Below, piece after piece: positions 1 to 8,837 of a stretch of DNA of 15,877 nt (position 1 is the stretch's first letter; each line of letters starts with the position of its first letter). A program made the position numbers and the translations under genes. This stretch comes from Octopus sinensis. Taxonomy: Eukaryota. The stretch is from contig NW_021825361.1 in the NCBI RefSeq assembly GCF_006345805.1, positions 1-15,877 on the forward strand, written 5' to 3'. A model generated the notes under the pieces. It saw only the letters and a program-made list of their open reading frames with translations. It was not told the origin of the DNA and made no database searches.

Positions 1-50
1 CATACACACACACACACATACAAATATATTCATAGACCTATGTTAACATC

Positions 51-172
51 TTTTATCTCTTACTTCTTTCAATCACTGGACTGCGGCCACGCTGGGGCAC
101 CTACTTGAAGGGATTTAGTCGAACAGATCGACCCAGGATTTATTTTAAAAAAGTTTGGTACTTATTCTATCG
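51..172 (-). mobile_element. SINE family A, 3' tail fragment
   Basis: Reverse complement matches the 3' tail of the fuller copies at 588-1080, 9548-9936 and 14196-14601 (cgatagaataagtac...gggtcgat...gcgtggccgcagtccagtgattgaaaga). Confidence 0.8.
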
Positions 173-193
173 CCACTAAGCCACGCATCCCCA

Positions 194-280
194 TGTATGT
201 GTGTATGTGTGTGTACTGTGTGTAAGCATGTATGTATGTATGTATGTATGTATGTATGTATGTATGTATGTATGTATGTG
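194..280. repeat. (TATG)n/(TG)n microsatellite
   Basis: Direct reading of the sequence. Confidence 0.95.
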
Positions 281-587
281 TAGCAATTTCACCTGGGTCT
301 TAACCTCGGAGTTAACACTTTTAAACAGGTCCAGGTTATCGGATATGACTATAAATCGGAAGGGGAATTGTTGCAATTTCCCATTTATGAAAATCCATAA
401 TATTCGTAGAATTATTACAATTATTAACAAGGAGAGTGGAGTGAAAAAATTGTTTTATTACATCTACTTACAATTGTTTCACCATCATTCGAACTCGTGA
501 GTAACGCTATATTTTTGTGTTATATAAACAACTATAGTCTCAAGGTGAATCATACTATCGAACCCCAGGTTATCAGAGTCCTATATA

Positions 588-825
588 TTTCCTTTATTCT
601 TTCACTAGTTTCAGTCATTTGATTGTGGCCATACTGGAGCACCGCCTTAAAGGGGTTTAGTCAAAGAAATCGACTCCAGGATTTATTCTTTGTAAGCCTA
701 GTATTTATTCTATCGTTACCTTTAACCGAACCGCTGGTTTATGGGGACCTAAACACCAGCATCGGTTGTTAAGCGATGGCGCGGGTAGACACATAGACAT
801 ACACACACACACACACACACACATA

Positions 826-907
<82 letters not shown>

Positions 908-1080
908 CGACGCGCTTCTTTCAGTTTCTGTCTACTAAATCCATTCACAAGGCTAAATCAACTCACAAGGGACCGTGGCTATAGTAGAAGGCAGCTGCCC
1001 AAGGTGCCACGCAGTGGGACTCAACCCGGCACCATGTGGTTAGGCAGCAAGCTTCTTAACACACAGCTACACCTGCACCT
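588..1080 (-). mobile_element. SINE family A, full-length diverged copy (tRNA-like head, internal (CA)n/(TA)n tract, 3' tail)
   Basis: Colinear with the copies at 9548-9936 and 14196-14601. The head with Pol III box-like motifs lies at ~1010-1080 on the minus strand; the internal microsatellite is at ~790-906. Confidence 0.9.
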
Positions 1081-1192
1081 ATATATGCTGTAATATATTT
1101 GCTACAGAAAACTTTTATTGTCACGAATTTCTACTTATAGCCTGAAGACAAGTTTATACGAACACGTTTGCGTATCACCTACATATGGGATT

Positions 1193-1337
1193 CCTCACAT
1201 TTCCGTCTACCAAATTCACTAACAAGGTATTGATTTTCCCAGGGATATAATAGTGGACATTTGCCCAAGATGTCGCACCATGGGACTGAATCTTAAACCA
1301 GGTGGGTGCGAAGCCAGATTCTTAACCGCAGAATCAT
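1193..1337 (-). mobile_element. SINE family A, old 5' fragment
   Basis: tttccgtctaccaaattcactaacaagg...ttgcccaagatgtcgcaccatgggactgaa is a degraded match to the 5' half of family A. Confidence 0.7.
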
Positions 1338-1377
1338 AACTGTGAATTACATTAGAACAAATTTAATCAAAGCACAA

Positions 1378-1460
1378 AGAGAGAGAAGAAGGAGGAAGAG
1401 GAAGATAACGACGACGACGACGACGACTAGAAGAGAAGGGGAGAGAGAAGTGGAGAACGT

Positions 1461-1541
<81 letters not shown>
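1378..1541. repeat. Compound (GA)n/(GAC)n/(GATA)n microsatellite
   Basis: Direct reading. Confidence 0.95.
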
Positions 1542-1547
<6 letters not shown>

Positions 1548-1887
1548 CACATATAGAGATACGATGCGCAGTGGAAGTGTCTGGCAGGAAATAATCCAAT
1601 CCATCAGATGATAAGGAAATGAGAGGAATTCAATGTTATTGATCTGAAAGGTCAACAACATTGAATTCAACGAAATTCTTGACGTCCAGACATCTTATGC
1701 AGAAGATCTGATAGTTCTGAAACCGCACTGGGTATACTCCAACTGGTCTTGGATAATCCGGGTTTAAAAGGTATAATGATAATAATTGGTACCCCGTCGT
1801 TGGAATTTTAATATTTTCTAGATTCATTGTCAACTTATAACTATCCAAGATATCAAACACACGGAACAAAATACCTTTAGCTTCTCG

Positions 1888-1896
1888 CAGCACACA

Positions 1897-1936
<40 letters not shown>

Positions 1937-2462
1937 GCATACATACACACACACATACACACACACATACACACACGCACACATACACACACGCATACAT
2001 ACACACACCACACACGCATACACACACACACACGCATACATACACACGCATACATACACACACACACATACACACACGCACACACACACACGCATACATA
2101 CACACACACAGATGCACACACACACACACACGCATACATACACACACACAGATACACACACACACACGCATACATACACACACACATACATACATACACA
2201 CACACAGATACACACACACACGCATACATACACACACATACACACACACATACACACACACACACGCATACATACACACACACATACATACACGCACGCA
2301 CGCATACATACACACACACACAGATACACACATACACGCATACATACACACACACATACACACACACACACGCACACACACACGCATACACACACACACA
2401 CGCATACACACACACACACACGCACACACACACACACGCACGCACACATGCGTATGTATATA
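1888..2462. repeat. Long CA-rich compound micro/minisatellite (recurring cacacgcatacata motif)
   Basis: ~570 bp of (CA)n interspersed with cgca/taca variants. It is the source of the poly-CV/HT ORFs. Confidence 0.95.
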
Positions 2463-2701
2463 TTTCCTGCCTTCCCCGTACAATATCCATTCCTACGGTG
2501 CTTTGCTTGTTATAACTACAAATGGCTCAGATAAAAGTAGCATTAATTTTCTTACATTCGTTCAATTTCCCCCAATTGATCAATAGACCAGCTGCGTAAA
2601 CCTATCGCTAATGGACTTATAATGATTACTGGAAACAGCTGTAAGCCACATTTAATCCAATAAAAGAAAGAATATGAAATGACCATTATTTCTAACTTGT
2701 T

Positions 2702-2706
<5 letters not shown>

Positions 2707-2772
<66 letters not shown>

Positions 2773-2835
2773 TTTGTGTGTGTGTGAGTGTGTGTGTGTG
2801 TGTGTGCGTGTATCTATATCTATATATATATATAT
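2707..2835. repeat. (TA)n/(TG)n microsatellite
   Basis: Direct reading. Confidence 0.95.
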
Positions 2836-2882
2836 AACGGGAAGTTTTGCGAAAATAAACAAAAGACGAAGGCAGGTGGAGT

Positions 2883-2985
2883 ACAAACAAACAAATGTAT
2901 ACAAACAATGTATACAAACAATGTATACAAACAAACAAATGTATACAAACAATGTATACAAACAATGTATACAAACAAACAAATG
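2883..2985 (+). repeat. Higher-order tandem repeat, 18+13+13-bp units (44-bp period)
   Basis: A=acaaacaaacaaatgtat, B=acaaacaatgtat; order A B B A B B A(partial). Confidence 0.95.
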
Positions 2986-3007
2986 CTCAAGAATAGAAAT
3001 AGAACAA

Positions 3008-3047
3008 ATCTTTTACGTTTCGAGCCTACGCTCTTCGACAGAAAGAT
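3008..3047 (-). ncRNA. Minimal type-I hammerhead-like motif, degenerate core
   Basis: Minus strand: atcttt-CTGTCGAA-gagc(gtag)gctc-GAAA-CG-TA-aaagat. Helix I is 6 bp, helix II is 4 bp, helix III is palindromic ACGT; A6 is replaced by U. Confidence 0.6.
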
Positions 3048-3378
3048 ACAAAGAAAAAAAACAAGGAGAGAAACAAGGAAAGAAAAAACATATATATATA
3101 ATTAAGTAAGGTTAGAAATTGATATTAATCACTTAAAACCAGTGGCCTAGCATATATAAAAAAATCCGAAGATTAAACATTTTTTACATACAAGATTTAG
3201 AGGACTGACCACTGGCAATTTTGACGTCCATATCTAGCATACAGGCTGTCCACTTTTAGTGGTCAGTCCTCTAAATTTTATATATATATATATAACGTAA
3301 AAATCTTTTTCATTTTCCCGGCTGGGAAACTAATACACTTGCTTGTTGTTCATACACCTGTCTTCGTCTTTTGTTTTT

Positions 3379-3535
3379 GGAGTAACCGTGTGGTAAGTAG
3401 CTTGCTTACCAACCACATGGTTCCGGGTTCATTCTCACTGCGTGGCACCTTGAGCAAATGTCTACTACTATAGCCTCGGGCCGACCAAAGCCTTGTGAGT
3501 AGATTTGGTAGCCGGAAACTGAAAGAAGTCCGTCG
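3379..3535 (+). mobile_element. SINE family A, 5' half (split by the Penelope insertion)
   Basis: tRNA-like head ggagtaaccgtgtggtaagtagc...ggttcattctc through gaaagaagtccgtcg, ending at the internal (TA)n tract. Confidence 0.9.
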
Positions 3536-3644
3536 TATATATATATATAGTTATATATATATATATATATATATATTAATATATATATATAGTTATATAT
3601 ATATATATATATAATATATATATATATAATATAATTATATATAT
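3536..3644. repeat. (TA)n microsatellite
   Basis: Direct reading. Confidence 0.95.
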
Positions 3645-3694
3645 GAAAAACAACAAGTAAAAAATAGAAAATGCTAAAATAATTTTATAGTGAA

Positions 3695-3742
3695 CATTTC
3701 AGTACCGGTTTCGGTCATTTTGAGACCTTTTCAACTGTAACG
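3695..3742 (-). ncRNA. Minimal type-I hammerhead ribozyme motif (U3-A8 core variant) in the Penelope 3' end
   Basis: Minus strand: cgttacag-TTGAAAA-ggtc(tcaaaat)gacc-GAAA-C(CG)G-TA-ctgaaatg. Predicted cleavage between 3703 and 3702. Confidence 0.75.
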
Positions 3743-4080
3743 ATTAAATAATTAAATTTAGAAAAATTAGAAGAAAAGTTTTCTTAAAAGAATATTTCTA
3801 TAGTAGTGTTCAGATTTAAGTGGCATTCTGCCTTCTGACTCCCTTGTTTGCACTTGGTGTTCGAGGTAGTTGTGAGTTCTTGGTAGGGTAGTAGAGGGAA
3901 GGCTGGTGAGGAAAGGGGGGTGGGAGAATCTGGGAGTGCCCTGATGGTCGTATTTTGAATGGTCAGTGGCGGCTGGCAGTCTCAGTTCAATTCAGGAGAA
4001 TATTTATATTGACAGGCTTGTTTATAGAATTAGCGTAGGTGTTATACTAAAAACATTAGTGACAAACTTAAGGGGTAGGG

Positions 4081-4318
4081 GGGAGAGAAGAGAGAAGAAG
4101 AAGAGAAGAAGAAGAAGAAGGAAGAAGAAGAAGAGAAGAAGGAGAAGGAGAAGATGATGGTGATGGTGGTGATGATTATGACGACGATGATGATGATAAC
4201 GATGATGATGAAGAAGAAGGAGGAAGGAGAAGATGGTGGTGATGATGGTGGCGATGATGATGACGCCGATGATGATGATAACGATGATGATGAAGAAGAA
4301 GAAGAAGAAAAAAACAGA
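4081..4318. repeat. (GAA)n/(GAT)n purine-rich low-complexity tract in the Penelope 3' region
   Basis: Direct reading; includes an internal duplication of gatgatgatgataacgatgatgatgaagaagaag. Confidence 0.9.
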
Positions 4319-4440
4319 GAAGGGAGAATATGAATGGGTGTAAATATAGCTATGAAGGGGTGATTAGTAATGGATTCTATGGAGTGTAGTATTTGTGTGT
4401 GTATATGTATTTTTTTCTTTTATTCTAAAGTTGAGGTATA

Positions 4441-5949
4441 TTAATTGTTTGTCGTAGACCCGTTAAGAAGTGGCTTGTATTTTGTAATAAAGAGATTTTC
4501 TTTACTTATTCTTTGTCTCGAGGTTGTATCGTCCCTAAATTGGTAGAGGGGGAAAAATCTGAAGTTTGGTGTTTTTTGTTGGCGCAAGTATCTATGTGTT
4601 GGCTAAAAGCTATTTTTCTGTTTTGGGGAATTTTTATCTGGGATCTGTGCAGGGCCATTCGTTTACGCAAACCATTTTTGTTTGGCCTATGTACTGCTCT
4701 TGACACCCGGGCAGGTTAGTGAGTATATTAGGTTCTCCGAAAGCACATGTGAAGTTGCTTTTCACTGTAAAACCGTTGTCCCTGGTTTGAAGGAGAACTC
4801 AGAACCCTCGATTAGATAGTCGCATATCCGCAATTGGGTCTTCCACATTTTTTTACTGTCGGCTTCTGTGTTGAAGAGTGAATTCGGGCTTGTGTAAGGA
4901 GACTTTTCATGGATCTAGGCTGTCTTTTGCTTTTTATGATCGTGTGTGTTTGGAGGATTGTGTTCATTCTGTGGTCTTTTTTAGGAGGGTATGTTGTGGA
5001 GGATGGTGTCGAAGGCTTCGTTATTGAGAGGGTTGTGTGTGGAGATGTATGGTAAGGCTTTTGGTTGTAAGTTTTTCTTTGATTTGGGATGTCTCAGTTC
5101 CTGATGTTAAGTTGAAGGGCACGTTGAATGCACTTGTCAATAAGTGAAGGTGGATAGTCCTGGTGATTAGGTATCTTTTAGTTCTTGTAGTCGTGTGTCT
5201 CTGGTTTTGCGTTAGAGACTATAGTGCATATCCTTTTTGCTAGATTGAAGGGGATATTCATCCTGGTGTGTCTGGGGTGGCATGAATTGAATGGAAGATA
5301 TTGCTTAGAGTCTGTAGGCTTATAGTATATGTCTGTTTCTATTATATTATTAGCTTTCTTAATGAGGATATCGAGGAAGGGGAGTTGTTGTTGGCTATAT
5401 TCCATCGTGAATTGGATGTTTACGTCCAGTCCGTTTAAAATTTTCTGGAATTCTATGAGTTTTTCTATATTTTTTATGCCAAAGGATGAAACAGTCATCT
5501 AGATATCTCTTCCAGTTGTTTTTCTATGTAGATGGAGAAAGGGCTGCCATATCTTTCTAGAACCTTACGATACAGACTGATCTCTAGGTATCCTATGACT
5601 AGGTTGGCAAAGGAGGGGGCCATTCGTGTACCCATCGCAGTCCCCGATTTTTGTCGGTAGAAGTTGTCATTGAAGGCGAAGAAGTTATTTTCAGGGATGA
5701 ATTAAACCCCTTCTATCACAAATTCTTTTTTGATGCGGTGTGGTAGTTCGTTGGCGTGATTCTCTAGCCAGAATTGGATTGCCTCTAGTCCTAGGTTGTG
5801 GGGGATATTGGATAGAGGTTGACTACATCGAAGGATACCAGTATGGTGTTTTTGTTTATAGTATTCGGTAGGTGATTAAGCATATCTAAGTCGTCCCTTA
5901 TATAGCTTTTGACATGTTTGAGGAGTGGTTTTAACAGGGTGTCTAAAAA
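4441..5949 (-). pseudogene. Penelope-like reverse transcriptase + GIY-YIG endonuclease (several frameshifts and a stop)
   Basis: Manual translation across frameshifts gives RT motifs SFDVVNLY, QKSGTAMGTRMAPSFANL, WKRYLDDCF (~5488-5517) and LPFLDILI; thumb YYKPTDSKQYLPFNSCHP; Cys-rich linker KCGRPNC..C; and endonuclease NLIYSLTCPGCQEQYIGQT..LRKRMALH (IY ~4723-4728, YIG 4685-4693), ending KYKPLLNGSTTNN* (TAA 4441-4443). The Cys-rich linker between RT and EN is a described Neptune-clade trait. Confidence 0.93.
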
Positions 5950-5950
5950 G

Positions 5951-6003
<53 letters not shown>

Positions 6004-6232
6004 GTGTGTGCATATGTTTCTGTGTCTGTGTTTGTTCCCCCAACATCGCTTGACAACCGAAGCTGGTGTGTTTGCGTCCACGTAACTTAGCGGTTCGGCA
6101 AAGGAGTCCGATAGAATAAGTACTAGGCTTACAAAGAATAAGTCCTGGGGTCGATTTGCTCGACTAAAGGTGCTCTTCCAGCATAGCCGCAGTCAAGTGA
6201 CTGAAACAAGTAAAAGAGTAAAAGTAAAAGAG
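5951..6232 (+). mobile_element. SINE family A, 3' half (internal microsatellite + tail)
   Basis: (TA)n(TG)n followed by gtgtttgttcccccaacatcgcttgacaaccg...gactgaaacaagtaaaagagtaaaag, the part missing from the 3379-3535 copy. Confidence 0.9.
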
Positions 6233-6572
6233 TATATATATCTAATATATATATATATATGTATATATATATACACATTTATATATGTATGTATGTATGT
6301 CAGTATGTATGTATGTCAGTATGTACTTATGTATATATATATATATGCATATATATATACATATATACGTATATATATATACATATATGTGTGTATATAT
6401 GCATACATACACAACACGCACACAGATACACACGCGCACATACACACACATAAGCATATATATATATATACATGTAACCCAAATATAGAGAGCTGTTCTA
6501 TCTATATCTCATAAAACGTTTCTCATCGATTTAGACTTCGGTGGATTTCATTAAATATAGCACACACACACA

Positions 6573-6620
<48 letters not shown>

Positions 6621-6950
6621 ACATACATATACATCTGCACACATATAAAGGAACACATATGTATATGATATACATGTATCTGCGTGTGTGTGTGTGTGTA
6701 TGCAAATGTGTACGCGCACATGCATAATATTATACAGCTGAGATCTACACACACGCGCGCGCTCGCGCTCACATATATATATATTATTTTGGCACACGGA
6801 CAACGAATCACACAGACACATATTATATATCTACACGCGCACACACACACATATACATCCGTATATATATATATACATGTATGTGGGGGTGTGTGTGTGT
6901 ATGTATGTATGTATGTATGTATATATGTATGTATGTATGTATACGCGTAT
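6233..6950. repeat. Compound (TA)/(CA)/(TATG) microsatellite region with a short unique island at ~6475-6560
   Basis: Direct reading. Confidence 0.9.
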
Positions 6951-6954
6951 ATAG

Positions 6955-6985
6955 GCAGAGACACAAGCAGCGACAGTTGTATGTG
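6955..6985 (+). CDS. Candidate coding exon 1 (31 nt; AETQAATVVC or QRHKQRQLYV)
   Basis: tatatag| acceptor (weak) and GTG|gtaagc donor (strong); phase compatible with the 7297 exon. No homology recognised. Confidence 0.25.
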
Positions 6986-7296
6986 GTAAGCAGAAAATAG
7001 CTGTTCTGCATAATATCGTCGTAATCGATGTTATACGCTGAGCCAGCTGTGACGTAATACTGCGGCTAGTTGACGAGGTGGGAGAAGAGGGAAGCGGTTA
7101 GTGGTAATGGTGGCGGCAGCAGCGCTGTTCGACGGCGGCGCCAGGAGAGGAAAAATCAATAAATATATATGAGGAAGATGCCAGTTGTTACAGTGAGACT
7201 CTGTGTGAGTGTATTGTTAGAGAGGATACAGTTATTGTTGATGTAGGTAGTGGTGGTGGTGGTGGTGCTGTTTTGTATGTGTGTGTTTCGTCACAG

Positions 7297-7386
7297 GCAC
7301 AGCCAACACTAGTGCCGCCGCCGACGCTGCCAGCTCCACCAATGTCGCTATCGCCACCACCACCGCCACCACCATCAACACCCAAC
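7297..7386 (+). CDS. Candidate coding exon 2 (90 nt; Thr/Ala-rich or Pro-rich depending on phase)
   Basis: tttcgtcacag| acceptor and AAC|gtacgc donor; open in two frames (TANTSAAADAASSTNVAIATTTATTINTQ or AQPTLVPPPTLPAPPMSLSPPPPPPPSTPN). Confidence 0.3.
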
Positions 7387-7475
7387 GTACGCAAATGACC
7401 TTCATCGATAGGAAAACCACCCAACCCTAGCAACACCTTTCCTATCACCAACGCTGCTAACCTCATCGATACATA

Positions 7476-7707
7476 GACGGCGAGATGGCAGAACAGTTAG
7501 CACGCCGGGCGAAATGCTTAGCAGTATTTCGTCTGTCTTTACGTTCTGAGTTCAAATTCTTCCGAGGTCGACTTTGCCTTTCATCCTTTCGGGATCGATA
7601 AATTAAGTACCAGTTACGCACTGGGGTCGATATAATCGACTTAATCCCTTTGTCTGTCCTTGTTTGCCCTCTCTGTGTTTAGCCCCTTGTGGGTAGTAAA
7701 GAAATAA
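7476..7707 (+). mobile_element. SINE family B (tRNA-derived), full-length
   Basis: A-box-like tggcagaacagttag, B-box-like gagttcaaattc, core gtcgactttgcctttcatcctttcgggatcgataaattaagtaccag, and tail ...gggtagtaaagaaata. Confidence 0.9.
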
Positions 7708-7710
7708 GTA

Positions 7711-8376
7711 TTTCGGTATCGATAAATTAAGTATTAGTTGCGTACTGGGGTCGATCTAATCGACTGGGCCCCCCTCCCCCCAAATTTCGGGCCTTGTACC
7801 TGGAGTAGAAAAGAATATAAAGACGGCGAGCTGGCAGAATCATTAGCACGCCGAGCGAAATGCTTGGCGGCATTTCATCCGCTTTTACGTTCCGAGATCA
7901 AATCCCACCGAAGTCGACATTGCCTTTCATCCTTTCGAGGTCGATAAACTAAGAACCAGTTGAGTACTTGGGTCAATGTTATCGACTAGTGCCCGCCCCC
8001 AAATTTTCAGGCCTTCTGCCTATAGTAGGATGGATTATCATTAAGGTGGCGAGCTGGCAATGGGGTCAGTGTAATCGACACCTCCTCCCCCAAAATGGCT
8101 GCCCCTGTGGCAAAATTTGAAACTATTATTATTATTATTAAAAAGGCGATGAGCTGGCAGAATCGTTAACACGTCAGGCAAAATGATTAGCGGCATTTCG
8201 TCGGTCTCCACGTTTTTGCGTTCAAATTCCACCGAGATCGATTTTGCCTTTCATCTTTTCGGAGCTCGATAAAACAAGTAAGCAGTTGGACACTGGGGTC
8301 GATGTAATCGACTAATTCCCCCACCCCACCGCCCCCCAAATTGCTGGCCTTGTGTCAAAATTTGAAATCAATAATT
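7711..8376 (+). mobile_element. Head-to-tail multimer of SINE family B variants (units 7711-7820 truncated, 7822-8042, 8043-8139 internally deleted, 8145-8376)
   Basis: Repeated ggcgagctggcagaatc heads and cores, with ccccaaattt..ggcctt tails. Confidence 0.9.
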
Positions 8377-8480
8377 TGTACGCCTCCCCCCCACTCAGAT
8401 GTATAATATGTACGTATACACACACATACACACAAACGCACTTATACACACACACATACATACATACATACATATATATC

Positions 8481-8710
8481 TATTTCTTTATTGCCCACAA
8501 GGGGCTAAACACAGAGGGGACAAACAAGGACAGACACACGGATTAAGTCGATTACATCGACCCCAGTGCGTAACTGGTACTTATTTAATCGACCCCGAAA
8601 GGATGAAAGGCAAAGTCGACCTCGGCGGAATTTGAACTCAGAACGTAGCGGCAGACGAAATACCTCTAAGCATTTCGCCCGGCGCGCTAACGTTTCTGCC
8701 AGCTCACCGC
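8481..8710 (-). mobile_element. SINE family B, full-length, inverted relative to 7476-7707
   Basis: The reverse complement is colinear with 7476-7707 over ~230 bp. Confidence 0.92.
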
Positions 8711-8837
8711 ATATATATCGTTGTTAGAACACTTCCGGATGGGAGTTTTTGTGTTTTACTCGCATTGACTGTTTCACTGGGAATGCTTTCCCTATATATT
8801 GCACTTTTCGCAAAGAAATTACATTTCTTATTTTCTA

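Larger units (their letters stand above)
2838..3378. mobile_element. Probable Penelope-like terminal-repeat (pLTR) remnants: two related ends in inverted orientation
   Basis: 2855-3020 (aaacaaaagacgaaggcaggtg...ttttacgtt) is homologous to the reverse complement of 3294-3378 (aaacaaaagacgaagacaggtg...ttttacgtt). The block contains a hammerhead-like fold at 3008-3047 and abuts (TA)n tracts. Confidence 0.55.
3645..5950 (-). mobile_element. Penelope-like retroelement (probably Neptune clade), 5'-truncated, decayed
   Basis: RT + GIY-YIG pseudo-ORF at 4441-5949, followed by a ~800-bp 3' region carrying a hammerhead motif. Flanked on both sides by (TA)n. Confidence 0.9.

Noticed and set aside
331-578. 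Direct repeat ccaggttatc at ~331 and ~565
   Set aside because: A 10-bp match with no element between the copies; compatible with chance.
1707-1740. Hammerhead-like words ctgatag..gaaacc..ggta
   Set aside because: No helix II and no helix I pairing.
1636-2534. Long ORFs of 140-284 aa (poly-CV / poly-HT)
   Set aside because: Stop-free only because they translate the CA-rich microsatellite. The non-repetitive tail is treated separately.
3886-3935. G-quadruplex candidate in the Penelope 3' region
   Set aside because: G-tracts are irregular with long loops, and they lie on the antisense strand of the element; nothing indicates function.
4081-4318. Acidic/basic low-complexity ORF (D/E or R/K runs)
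   Set aside because: A (GAA)/(GAT) simple repeat inside the Penelope 3' region with no start or splice context.
6500-6555. Possible decayed minus-strand hammerhead (taatgaa..gagaaacgtt)
   Set aside because: Core mutated, and helices I and II are not convincingly paired.
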